Shown one piece after another: positions 1-10,613 of a stretch of 64,000 nt of DNA. Origin of the DNA: Piromyces finnis finn. Taxonomy: Eukaryota; Fungi; Neocallimastigomycota. The first letter of the stretch is position 1. Every line of letters starts with the position of its first letter. The DNA lies in NCBI GenBank assembly GCA_002104945.1, contig MCFH01000043.1:62001-126000 (forward strand), given 5' to 3'. Made by a program: the position numbers and the translations under genes. Below the pieces are notes generated by a model. It ran no database searches, had not been told where the DNA came from, and saw only the letters and a list, made by a program, of their open reading frames with translations.

Positions 1-2218
1 TGTATTCATCACCCTCTTTGATTCTAACTAAATTATAAGCAGACTTTAAGTCCAACTTAGTAAAGTATTTTGCACCTTTCACTCTATCCAATAAGTCACC
101 AATTAACGGAAGAGGATATGAATTTCTAATTGTCATGTCATTAAGTTTCCTATAATCAACGCAAAGTCTTAATGACCCATCTTTCTTTTTGACAAATAAA
201 ACTGGTGCTCCGGCAGGAGATGAAGATTTCCTAATGAAACCTTTTTCTAAATTTTCATTGATATAATTTTTTAATTCATCTCTCTCTGCCTCAGTTAAAG
301 GATAAAGAGGACCATAAAACAAGTTAGCATTATCCTTTAATCGGATTTCACAATCGTATTCACGATGTGGAGGTAAAATATTACAATTCCTTTCATTAAA
401 AACCTCTTTAAATAATAAATATTGTTTTGGAATTTCAATAGATTTTTTATCTTTATTCAAATTATCACTTTCACTTTTACATTTATTAATAATATTACAA
501 AATAAATCATAACAGTTACTAACTGAATTTAATACACGAGAATTATTATTATTACACACGTTTTTTGAAAATGAGTACTGTTTTGGTCCAGTGACCGAAT
601 TATTATCTTTATTTAAATTTTCATCAATACAATTAATGTTATTACATATACATTTAAAATTACAATTATTATCATTATTTAAACTATTACTAAATTTAAT
701 TTTATTAAAACTATCTAGGTTACTAATGGTTTTGACGGAGGTTCTACGGCCTCTAATACTTAAAGTTTCTTCATCATCACTGGAGTCGCTATAAGAGTAT
801 TCATAATGATTGTATGAACCAAGTTCACTATAAGAGGATTGATCATCTTCATCATCTTGAATAACTTCTTTTCCTTTTCTTGATGATATTTTTTCTTTCT
901 TGGTTTCCTTTGTGCTACTCTTGTTCTTTCTTCTTCCCACATTACAATGTCTGGCACAGTATGTAGAGCTAAATGCAATTTTGGAAGAATCGTGGTAGTA
1001 AACAGGGCAATGTTTTTCAATCCAAGGTACACCAAGAATTATATCAACTTCAGGAATTCTAAGTGCATATAATTGAATGACTTCGTAATGATTTCTCAAA
1101 CGAAGGATGCACTTTTCGGATTCCTTTTTCACGGTAGATGTACCTTGCCCTAAACCAGAAACCTTGAAAGATTCAGCAATATTTGAAAGTTTAATATTAT
1201 TGATTCGGGCGAACTCGGGGTGGATGAAATTAAGATCGGAACCAGAATCAATAAGTACCTTAGCTTTGACTTCATCAATATCATTGGTTTTGATATAAAA
1301 ATCAATAATATTTTTCTTTTCACCTTTATGAATTTCGAATATGTTTGAAGTTCCCTTGGGATTAAGATTATCCTTTTTAATTTTCTTGATTGAAGGGCTA
1401 GCTTCGTCTTCTGAATAGCATCTCTTGATAATTTTTACATTTTTTGGTTTCTTTTTGTTTGGACAATTGAATTGAAAGTGTCCAGACTTTCCACAAGTAA
1501 AGCAAACTCCATTCTTCTTAGCCTCAGTGCGATTTATTTTATTTTCGTCATAATTACTTCTATGAGGAGGGAAGTAATTAACCTTTCTTTGACCTAAACT
1601 GATCCTATATAAATCCACATCCATAGGATCATTTTGGTTATAATTTCTTCGGTCTTGATGCGTCATGTAATATTCACTGATATCATTTCTCTTAGTAAGA
1701 TTTTCAATACTAAGGACATCAGAATAAAGACGCTCTAATTGAGAGGGATTTGGATTCACTACAGCTAAATGTTCACGCATTTTCGGATGTAATCCCTTTG
1801 TGAACATGTATATTTTAGCTGCTTCATTAAAATTCGAATTTTGGCTAACGCGTTGGAATTCGTTAATGTATTCGAACACCTTGCCAAATTTTCTTTGTTT
1901 AATGTTGCAAAGTCTTCCATTTGCAACAATCGTATCATTATTCGGATCCCCGAAATTGGTACGAAGAGCAGCAATAAACTGATCATAGTTTCTTAGAACG
2001 GCGTCGTTATTTTGTCTTAAACGAGCGGCCCATTCTAAAGGTCTATTGACAAAGTAAGATATTAAGAATCGAACTCTTGCCTCATCATTAACAAATCTAT
2101 CAGGGTTGGCTTCAATGGCTAGTTCAACCCTGGTCAAGAACCCATCTAGTTCTTGTCTTCTTCCTGAAAAGGTTGGAGGATCATTAACTATCCTCAAAGA
2201 CGCCCCTTGACGGTCCAT
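1..2218 (-). CDS. Gypsy Gag-Pol polyprotein, partial (no stop before the window edge, so absent from the ORF track)
   Basis: Manual translation from ATG 2218 gives one open frame: [19 protein letters not shown] (Gag), PMDVD, zinc knuckle [14 protein letters not shown], protease [12 protein letters not shown], then the RT N-terminus [33 protein letters not shown]…YPLP…[16 protein letters not shown]. Confidence 0.95.
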   Translation of the reverse strand, partial: MDRQGASLRIVNDPPTFSGRRQELDGFLTRVELAIEANPDRFVNDEARVRFLISYFVNRPLEWAARLRQNNDAVLRNYDQFIAALRTNFGDPNNDTIVANGRLCNIKQRKFGKVFEYINEFQRVSQNSNFNEAAKIYMFTKGLHPKMREHLAVVNPNPSQLERLYSDVLSIENLTKRNDISEYYMTHQDRRNYNQNDPMDVDLYRISLGQRKVNYFPPHRSNYDENKINRTEAKKNGVCFTCGKSGHFQFNCPNKKKPKNVKIIKRCYSEDEASPSIKKIKKDNLNPKGTSNIFEIHKGEKKNIIDFYIKTNDIDEVKAKVLIDSGSDLNFIHPEFARINNIKLSNIAESFKVSGLGQGTSTVKKESEKCILRLRNHYEVIQLYALRIPEVDIILGVPWIEKHCPVYYHDSSKIAFSSTYCARHCNVGRRKNKSSTKETKKEKISSRKGKEVIQDDEDDQSSYSELGSYNHYEYSYSDSSDDEETLSIRGRRTSVKTISNLDSFNKIKFSNSLNNDNNCNFKCICNNINCIDENLNKDNNSVTGPKQYSFSKNVCNNNNSRVLNSVSNCYDLFCNIINKCKSESDNLNKDKKSIEIPKQYLLFKEVFNERNCNILPPHREYDCEIRLKDNANLFYGPLYPLTEAERDELKNYINENLEKGFIRKSSSPAGAPVLFVKKKDGSLRLCVDYRKLNDMTIRNSYPLPLIGDLLDRVKGAKYFTKLDLKSAYNLVRIKEGDEY

Positions 2219-2436
2219 ATTTTCGTTTAAGTGGAGGTTAGATAAGAGTTGGTTGATTTCCTCCAATATGCTTAATATTTTACTTATTTAATTTTTTACA
2301 ATATTTTAATTAAGATGTCGTCGTAACTCTATCCTATCAAACGGTGTTAGACGAGCTCTTAAAAATATAGTAACAAAATTAAATACAGTAACCAAATAGT
2401 GTTGGAAGCTTGAATGATACTAAAATAATAATCTAA

Positions 2437-2592
2437 ACGCGGTAGATATTTCCTAAGACACGGTAGATCGCCTTTAAAACACAGTAGATATTCCTTTAGA
2501 CGCGGTAGATATTTCCTAAGACACGGTAGATCGCCTTTAAAACACAGTAGATATTCCTTTAGACGAGGTAGATATTTCCTAAGACACGGTAG
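2437..2592. repeat. 21-bp tandem repeat (about 7.5 units, 63-bp higher-order period) in the Gypsy 5' leader
   Basis: Units acgcggtagatatttcctaag / acacggtagatcgcctttaaa / acacagtagatattcctttag recur in that order. Confidence 0.9.
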
Positions 2593-2661
2593 GTAAGAAA
2601 AAAATATTAAATATGTTTTATTAAAAAAAAAAAATTTTATAACGTGTTTTATAAAAAAAAG

Positions 2662-2672
2662 GTAATTGTTAT
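2662..2672 (-). promoter_or_regulatory. Gypsy primer-binding site, self-priming type
   Basis: The sense sequence ATAACAATTAC abuts the LTR end. It is the exact complement of an 11-mer inside the same LTR (2832-2842). Confidence 0.8.
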
Positions 2673-3413
2673 TGTAAAAGTTTTAAAATTTAAAACAGAT
2701 TATAAAATTTTTTTTTTTTACAATAAAACAAAAACACAATAAAATAAAAAATTAAAAACAAAAACGAAATTTATTTATATTCTTTTTTCTTTTTATTAGT
2801 TCTTATTTAGTTATTAACTAAATTATAGTCAATAACAATTACATCGTTTAACTATGAAATTTTACATGTATTTATATTTTTTACAAATTATATTTTAATA
2901 TACTATTCTATTTAATTATACATATATTCAATATAAAATAAACAAAACTAATTTAATACTAATTTAATTAAATAATAAAATAATAAAACTAAACTAAAAC
3001 TAATTAAATACACTTTTGATTCAATTTGAGTAAACTACAAATTGAATACAGTCCATGTATTACCTATATATTAATTAAATATTAATAATACTATTTATTA
3101 TATATTTACTATTAAAAAATACTAATTTAAAACTACGCTAAAGTTATTAAACTATTTTTAATTAAATAAGAACTTTTTAAGATTTAATTTGAATATTTAA
3201 AATATTTAAATTTAATTATCCATTAATTTAAATATTTATCCAAATTTCATTTCCAATTTTGATATTTTAAAATTAATATTTATTTAATTATTCCTTAAAA
3301 TTTATATAATAAATTTTATAAATAAATAATTTTTCATTAAAATATCAAAATTATTATTTAATAATTATTAATTAATTATTAAATAATTTAAAGATATATA
3401 TTATATCTTTACA
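2673..3413 (-). repeat. 5' LTR of the Gypsy element (LTR family A)
   Basis: TGTAAAAG…CTTTACA termini. Closely similar to the solo LTRs at 4544 and 7820. Confidence 0.88.
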
Positions 3414-4007
3414 CAATTGATAAAATTTACATGTATTTATATTTTTTCATAATTATATTATTCTATTTAAATAAACATATATTTAATATAAAATAAACAA
3501 AACTAATTTAATTAAATAATAAAATAACAGAACTAAACTAAACTAATTCATTATACTTTTAATTCAATTTGAGTAAACTCAAAATTGAATAAAGCCCATG
3601 TATTTTCTATAAATTAATTTAATATTATCAATACTATTCTTAATATATTTCCTATTGAAATATAAATAAATCTATTTTTAAAACTAAGTTAAAATTATTA
3701 AACTATTCTAAATTTAAATAAAAAAGTATAATCTACTCTAAAATTAAATAAAAAGTATTTAAAAAAATATTTTAATTATTTTAAATATTTGAAATATTTA
3801 AATTTAATTAAAATTCTTTTATTCCTTAAATTTAAATATTTATCTTAATTTAATTTTAACGGAATTATTATAAAACAATTTATTATTAAATTATTCCATA
3901 AAATTTATTCAAAAATTCTATAATAAGTTTTACTAAATATTAATTTATTATTTAATAATTAATAATTAATTATTAAATAATTTAAAGATATATCTTATAT
4001 CTTTACA
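3414..4007 (-). repeat. Right-hand part of a family-B-like Gypsy LTR, interrupted by the Gypsy element and itself lying in the Copia 5' LTR
   Basis: Begins caattgataaaatttacatg (an internal segment also seen in the LTRs at 5203 and 9123) and ends CTTTACA at 4007, where Copia LTR sequence resumes. Confidence 0.8.
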
Positions 4008-4097
4008 TTTAAATTTTCATAGCTATCATATATTAATAATTTTAATATATTAATAAACTTTAAATATTATAAAACAAAATATAATATACAGTTTATA
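4008..4097 (+). repeat. Copia 5' LTR remnant
   Basis: 90-bp match to the end of the 3' LTR (tttaaattttcatagc…atacagtttata). Confidence 0.9.
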
Positions 4098-4111
4098 GAT
4101 TAAGAGTCTCA
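4098..4111 (+). promoter_or_regulatory. Copia PBS complementary to the tRNA-Lys(CUU) anticodon arm
   Basis: GATTAAGAGTCTCA starts right where the two LTRs stop matching. Its reverse complement TGAGACTCTTAATC contains the conserved GACTCTTAATC anticodon-loop motif of eukaryotic tRNA-Lys(CUU). Confidence 0.65.
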
Positions 4112-4543
4112 ACTTACTGAAAAGGAAATGTTCTCCGAAAACCAATTATCCCAAAGCGACCGCTTGAACAAGAACAACTATGATGAATGGCAGTTCCTCA
4201 TCGGCAACATCCTGAAGTCCAAGAAGATTTTTATCTACGCAAAGGAGGATGTTATAAGCTCCTTACGTGCGAAGGTCGAAGAATCAAGCACAAGAATGGA
4301 GGAGTAGCCGAGAAAAATCTCTTAACGGAACTAGAAGATGCAGAAGCACAAGATGCTTTAGCTGCATCAATCATCAGCACCAATGTGTCCAGAGAATGCC
4401 TGGAACACATTAAAACCCTTGATACTGCATTTGAGATAATGCAAAAATTGAAAACACTTTATCAAGGTAGTGAATCATCTGATATCCAACATTGGATGAA
4501 GAAGCTTTATTCCTTAAAGGCCAAAAGTCTAACTGCTTGTAAG

Positions 4544-6024
4544 TGTAAAAGTTTATAAAAAAACAGATTATAAAATTTTACAATAAAACATAAAACACGA
4601 AATAAATAAAAAGAAACAAGAAAAACAAAATCTATTTAAAAATATCTCTTTTATTAATTTTATTTAGTTATTAACTAAATAATAGTCAATAACAATTACA
4701 TCGTTTTAATCAAGAAATTTTACATGTATTTATATTTTTTGTAAATTATATTTTAATATACTATTCTATTTAATTATACATATATTCAATATAAAATAAA
4801 CAAAACTAATTTAATACTAATTTAATTAAATAATAAAATAATAAAACTAAACTAAAACTAATTAAATACACTTTTGATTCAATTTGAGTAAACTGCAAAT
4901 TGAATACAGTCCATGTATTACCTATATATTAATTAAATATTAATAATACTATTTATTATATATTTATAATTAAAAATACTAATTTAAAACTACGCTAAAG
5001 TTATTAAACTAATTTTAATTAAATAAAAACTTTTTAAGATTTAATTTGAATATTTAAAATATTTAAATTTAATTATCCATTAATTTAAATATTTATCCAA
5101 ATTTCATTTCTAACTTTGATATTTTAAAATTAATATTTATTTAATTATTCCATAAAATTTATACAATAAATTTTATAAACAATTTTTTCATTAAAATATC
5201 AATGTAAAATATTAATCTTAAAACAGATTATATATTTAACAATAAAACAATTAAACACACGATAAAATAAAAATAGGAGTTTCTTTTTTTTTAAAAATTA
5301 TCTTCTTTATTAATGGTTAGAAATAAAATAACAATTACATCGATTCAATTGATAAAATTTACATGTATTTATATTTTTTCATAATTATATTCTAATATAT
5401 TATTCTATTTAAATAAACATATATTTAATATAAAATAAACAAAACTAATCTAATTAAATAATAAAATAATAAAACTAAACTAAAACTAATTCATTATACT
5501 TTTAATTTAATTTGAGTAAACTCAAAATTGAATAAAGCTCAGGTATTATCTATAAATTAATTTAATATTATCAATACTATTCTTAATATATTTCCTATTG
5601 AAATATAAACACATCTATTTTTAAAACTCAGTTAAAATTATTAAACTATTCTAAATTTAAATAAGAAAGTATATTATTATTAAACTATTCTAAAATTAAA
5701 TAAAAAGTATTTAAAGTTATTATGAATATTTAAAATATTTGAAATATTTAAATTTAATTAAGATTCTTTTGTTCCTTAAATTTAAATATTTATCTTTATT
5801 TAATTTTGACGGAATTATTATAAAATAATTTATTATTAAATTATTCCATTGAATATTAAAAATTTCATAATTAATTTTAATAAATATTAATTTATTATTT
5901 AATAATTAATAGTTAATTATTAAATAATCTAAAGATATATATTATATCTTTACAATCAAAATTATTATTCAATAATTATTAATTAATTATTAAATAATTT
6001 AAAGATATACTTTATATCTTTACA
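4544..6024 (-). repeat. Gypsy solo LTR (family A) in Copia gag, containing a nested LTR
   Basis: TGTAAAAG…TTTACA with 5-bp TSD GTAAG (4539-4543 and 6025-6029). Confidence 0.93.
5203..5954 (-). repeat. Gypsy solo LTR (family B) nested inside the family-A solo LTR
   Basis: TGTAAAAT…TTTACA with TSD ATCAA. Near-identical to 9123-9875. Confidence 0.93.
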
Positions 6025-6385
6025 GTAAGGATGTGCTCCACCAAATAAGTGAAATATTCTCCGTGTTGGAATCCAATAATTCTAACTTAGGAGACTGGGA
6101 AAAAACAAGAATTATTTATTATTCCTTGCCTCAATGTATGAGAACCCAGATACACCCTGATGGAACGAAGAAGATTAAGGATTTTTTAACTGAAGTCAAT
6201 AACAAAGTTAATTTCCAAATCTACCTCCAAAAGAATATCAAATACAATCAGTCGATTATCAACAACGAACAAGATGACTTGATGGACATTGACTTTGTAG
6301 GTCGAAGAAGCAAGAATGATTCCTCAAATCAATATTCCTCCAAAGCTAACCAGCAAGGTAACCAGAAACAATTATTATGCGCTAT

Positions 6386-6761
6386 TGTAACGAAATATTA
6401 TAATAATAAACACACACACTCTAATGTAATCAAATATATATATATTTTTTTTAATAATGTTTATTTATTAAGTTTATTATTATAATACGACTAACTCGCT
6501 AGGTCAGTGTATTATCAAACTAAAGACGAAACAAAAAAACTAATTTTTATTAATTATTAATAAAAACACTAAAGAACTATTTTATCTTTCTTATTCTCTC
6601 TTTTATACATGAAAATTATTTCTTTTTTTTTTTTTAATACAATTTGATAAGTGAATTAATTACTTAATGATTGGTTATAAAAATATAATTATGAAATTTT
6701 CATTAATCTAACCTTAATGATTTTCTAGTCTAACCCTTATCATTAGATATACCTCATTACA
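6386..6761. repeat. Solo LTR (family C) inserted in the Copia zinc knuckle
   Basis: TGTAAC…ATTACA with TSD GCTAT. Excising it restores C-A-I-C-G-R-H-G-H. Confidence 0.9.
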
Positions 6762-7819
6762 GCTATCTGCGGTAGGCACGGTCATAAACTCGAAGATTGT
6801 GAATATAATTTATTCACAAAGAAAAACAAAGGAAAAAAGCCCACCGAACAAACTTCCAAGTCTTCCAAACCAAAGAAATCGAAGAACAACAAAGCTAAAA
6901 ACGAAAATGTTAAAAAGGGAAGATCTATATCTAATATCGAGTACGACACCGAAGAAGACTCAGGGGAAATCTCTTTCGATGAAATAAGAGCTATGTATCC
7001 AAACAATATGGATAGCATAGAAACCATAAAACCTGAGGAAGTAATGGAGGAAAAGGAAACCAATGTTTCCACAATTAAGTCCATCCAAAACTGTGAAATC
7101 GCCGACCACACAGTATGGACTTATGATACAGGTGCATCAGAACATATCACCTGTAATAAAGAAATTCTTAAAAACTATAAGGAGAATTCCATTACCATGA
7201 AATGTGCCAATAATCCAGTCTGTGTATTCGAAGGAGTAGGTACATATGATGGAACAATCAATGGTTTTGAAGTACATCTTGATAACGTGTACTATTCAAA
7301 ACAAATCAATAAAAATCTTCTCAGTGGTACCAAGCTCGTTAGAAATGGAATATCTTGTTATCTCAGCTCCCAAGATAACACACCTATTCTCAGTTTAAAC
7401 TACCACGACAACAAGAAGAATAAACAGTTCAATATTGGAAAATACACAGCCAACGAAAATAATATCTTCAACATTCCAATAATGAACAATACTAAAAAGG
7501 ATCTTTCAATTGATACATTGGATGCTGTATCAGGAAAAGACGAAAACAGGATGTTGTGGCACAGAAGACTTGGACACTTCTACTTCAATGACATCAATAA
7601 GTATGTCAAGCTACACAATGAGTCGGCACCATCATGCATGGACTGCAGAATTGCAAAACTTAACAAGAAACCCAATAATGGAATTACACCCAAAGCAAAA
7701 GATATACTTGAAATAATCCATGCAGATGTTATTGGGCCAGTCAAAACATCGTATACTGGCAAGAAATACATCCTATCACTTATCGATGTATTCTCAAGAA
7801 AATGTTGGGTATATCTCAC

Positions 7820-8547
7820 TGTAAAAGTTTATAAAAAAACAGATTATAAAATTTTACAATAAAACATAAAACACGAAATAAATAAAAAGAAACAAGAAAA
7901 ACAAAATCTATTTAAAAATATCTCTTTTATTAATTTTATTTAGTTATTAACTAAATAATAGTCAATAACAATTACATCGTTTTAATCAAGAAATTTTACA
8001 TGCATTTATATTTTTCGTAAATTATATTTTAATATACTATTCTATTTAATTATACATATATTCAATATAAAATAAACAAAACTAATTTAATACTAATTTA
8101 ATTAAATAATAAAAAAATAAAACTAAACTAAAACTAATTAAATACACTTTTGATTCAATTTGAGTAAACTGCAAATTGAATACAGTCCATGTATTACCTA
8201 TATATTAATTAAATATTAACAATACTATTTATTATATATTTATAATTAAAAATGCTAATTTCAAACTACGCTAAAGTTATTAAACTAATTTTAATTAAAT
8301 AAAAACTTTTTTAAGATTTAATTTGAATATTTAAAATATTTAAATTTAATTATCCATTAATTTAAACATTTATCCAAATTTCATTTCTAACTTTGATATT
8401 TTAAAATTAATCTTTATTTAATTATTCCATAAAATTTATACAATAAATTTTATAAACAATTTTTTTTTTATTAAAATATCAAAATTATTATTCAATAATT
8501 ATTAATTAATTATTAAATAATTTAAAGATATACTTTATATCTTTACA
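7820..8547 (-). repeat. Family-A LTR with mismatched flanks (recombinant solo LTR)
   Basis: Near-identical to the outer LTR at 4544-6024. Its flanks CTCAC and GTATT are not a TSD. Confidence 0.88.
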
Positions 8548-8840
8548 GTATTTTACTAAAAATAGTTATAGTTTAAATATTTATTAATAATTAAGATTTT
8601 AGTGTAGATTTTAAATAATAATATATAAGAAATAAATAGTTATAATATAATATAAATGTATTTAGGAAAAATATAAATAGAAGATATTTTTCATCATTTT
8701 ATCGATATAATTGTTATTATTAAAATTCTATTATAATAAAAGATATTTTATAAAACAATTTTTTATTTTATTTTTCAAATTTTTGTGTTATTGTAATAGA
8801 ATAGATATCCTAATCTATTCTTTCAGTGTTCAACATTACA
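8548..8840. repeat. Truncated LTR (family D) ending …ATTACA before the Copia RT tail resumes
   Basis: AT-rich block with no RT codons. It ends in TTACA at 8840, immediately before in-frame RT sequence. Confidence 0.65.
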
Positions 8841-9122
8841 TCAATATTAACAAAACAAGAAAATCCAGAACTCCATGCACCGGAGAAAACTTCAAGAATC
8901 AAAATAATACGCCATTCAACAAAACAACCTATAAAAGCGCGGTTGGTTCCCTAATTTACCTTTCAAAATGCACTAGACCGGACATTTCATATGCAGTAAA
9001 TAAGGCTGCTAGATACTCCGAAAACCCAACTGCAACCAATTGGAAGAGTGTTACAAATATTTTAAAATATTTAAACGCTACAAGCCAATACAAAATTTGC
9101 TACGACGGAAAGGGTTCAATAC

Positions 9123-9875
9123 TGTAAAATATTAATCTTAAAACAGATTATATATTTAACAATAAAACAATTAAACACACGATAAAATAAAAATAGGAGT
9201 TTCTTTTTTTTAAAAAATTATCTTCTTTATTAATGGTTAGAAATAAAATAACAATTACATCGATTCAATTGATAAAATTTACATGTATTTATATTTTTTT
9301 CATAATTATATTCTAATATATTATTCTATTTAAATAAACATATATTTAATATAAAATAAACAAAACTAATCTAATTAAATAATAAAATAATAAAACTAAA
9401 CTAAAACTAATTCATTATACTTTTAATTTAATTTGAGTAAACTCAAAATTGAATAAAGCTCAGGTATTATCTATAAATTAATTTAATATTATCAATACTA
9501 TTCTTAATATATTTCCTATTGAAATATAAACACATCTATTTTTAAAACTCAGTTAAAATTATTAAACTATTCTAAATTTAAATAAGAAAGTATATTATTA
9601 TTAAACTATTCTAAAATTAAATAAAAAGTATTTAAAGTTATTATGAATATTTAAAATATTTGAAATATTTAAATTTAATTAAGATTCTTTTGTTCCTTAA
9701 ATTTAAATATTTATCTTTATTTAATTTTGACGGAATTATTATAAAATAATTTATTATTAAATTATTCCATTGAATATTAAAAACTTCATAGTTAATTTTA
9801 ATAAATATTAATTTATTATTTAATAATTAATAGTTAATTATTAAATAATCTAAAGATATATATTATATCTTTACA
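9123..9875 (-). repeat. Gypsy solo LTR (family B) at the Copia RT/RNase H junction
   Basis: TSD AATAC. Excising it restores YDGKGSIQAYTDSD. Confidence 0.94.
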
Positions 9876-10355
9876 AATACAAGCCTATACAGATTCCGAT
9901 TTTGGCGGTGATACATCTGATAGAAAATCAACTTCAGGATGTATCATTTTAATGGGAAAAGGTCCCATATTATGGCAATCTAAAAAACAAACAACGGTTG
10001 CCACTTCGACTGCAGAAGCTGAATATGTAAGCACAGCCGAATGCACAAAGAAAGTTCTTTGGGTTAGAAATATTCTCAAAGAAATTTTCAATTATAACAA
10101 ACCAATTACCATTTTCACTGATAATTTGTCAAGCAAAACAGCAATTGAAAATGGTCACTTAAATTCAAAATTAAAACATATTGATATAAAATATCATTTT
10201 AACAAAGATAATATAAAAAACAAAAAGATAATTCTTGAATACATTCACACTACTAAAATGCTAGCTGACGCATTAACCAAAGATGTGAACGGTCCAAAAA
10301 TGGATAACTTCACAAACCAAATATTTAATAAATGAAATATTGGTTTGAGGATGAC

Positions 10356-10613
10356 TATTAACAACCAAAAGAATTAAATTAAATTTATATTATTAATTTA
10401 TTACATTGTTCTACAAACCCATCAATTTATGTATTTGTATTAATTTAATGTATTTGTATTAAATATTTAGTGGTCTAGAATCAAGCCACAAATTGTATAT
10501 AAGAAAGAAAATTTTTCATGTATTTTAAATTTTCATAGCTATCATATATTAATAATTTTAATATATTAATAAACTTTAAATATTATAAAACAAAATATAA
10601 TATACAGTTTATA
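10356..10613 (+). repeat. Copia 3' LTR (apparent TA…TA ends; left boundary inferred)
   Basis: The right end is fixed by the match to the 5' LTR remnant. The left end is placed after the purine tract following the RNase H stop. Confidence 0.75.

Larger units (their letters stand above)
1..3413 (-). mobile_element. Ty3/Gypsy LTR retrotransposon (Tf1/sushi-like), 5' part; continues beyond the left edge
   Basis: Minus-strand order is 5' LTR (2673-3413), PBS, leader with tandem repeat, then gag-protease-RT ORF. The right end (…TTTACA at 3413) sits inside another LTR copy. Confidence 0.93.
4128..10335 (+). pseudogene. Copia gag-pol pseudogene
   Basis: Removing the insertions restores: RLNKNNYDEW (Gag, one frameshift near 4290), knuckle CAICGRHGHKLEDC, protease WTYDTGASEHI, LWHRRLGH, integrase IHADVIGP…LIDVFSRKCW, RT tail GSLIYL..CTRPDISYAV, and RNase H AYTDSDFGGD…EAEY…HIDIKYHF…MLADALTK. 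Confidence 0.95.
4008..10613 (+). mobile_element. Ty1/Copia LTR retrotransposon, inactivated by nested LTR insertions and an internal deletion
   Basis: 5' LTR remnant 4008-4097 matches 10524-10613. Domain order is gag, zinc knuckle, protease, integrase, RT, RNase H. Purine-rich ttgaggatgac precedes the 3' LTR. Confidence 0.95.

Noticed and set aside
591-1986. Short ORFs listed at 591, 760, 1107, 1765 and 1800
   Set aside because: They are alternative-frame or antisense shadows of the long Gypsy gag-pol ORF.
2437-2592. CRISPR-like array
   Set aside because: Contiguous tandem units with no unique spacers, inside a eukaryotic retrotransposon leader, with no cas genes.
4539-6029. AT-rich insertions as Introner-like spliceable introns (GTAAGT/GTAAAAG…TTTACAG)
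   Set aside because: They have TG…CA ends, 5-bp TSDs and match the LTR of the adjacent Gypsy, so they are solo LTRs. Splicing at either GT changes the Copia frame (-1 or +5 nt), and other copies lack the terminal AG.
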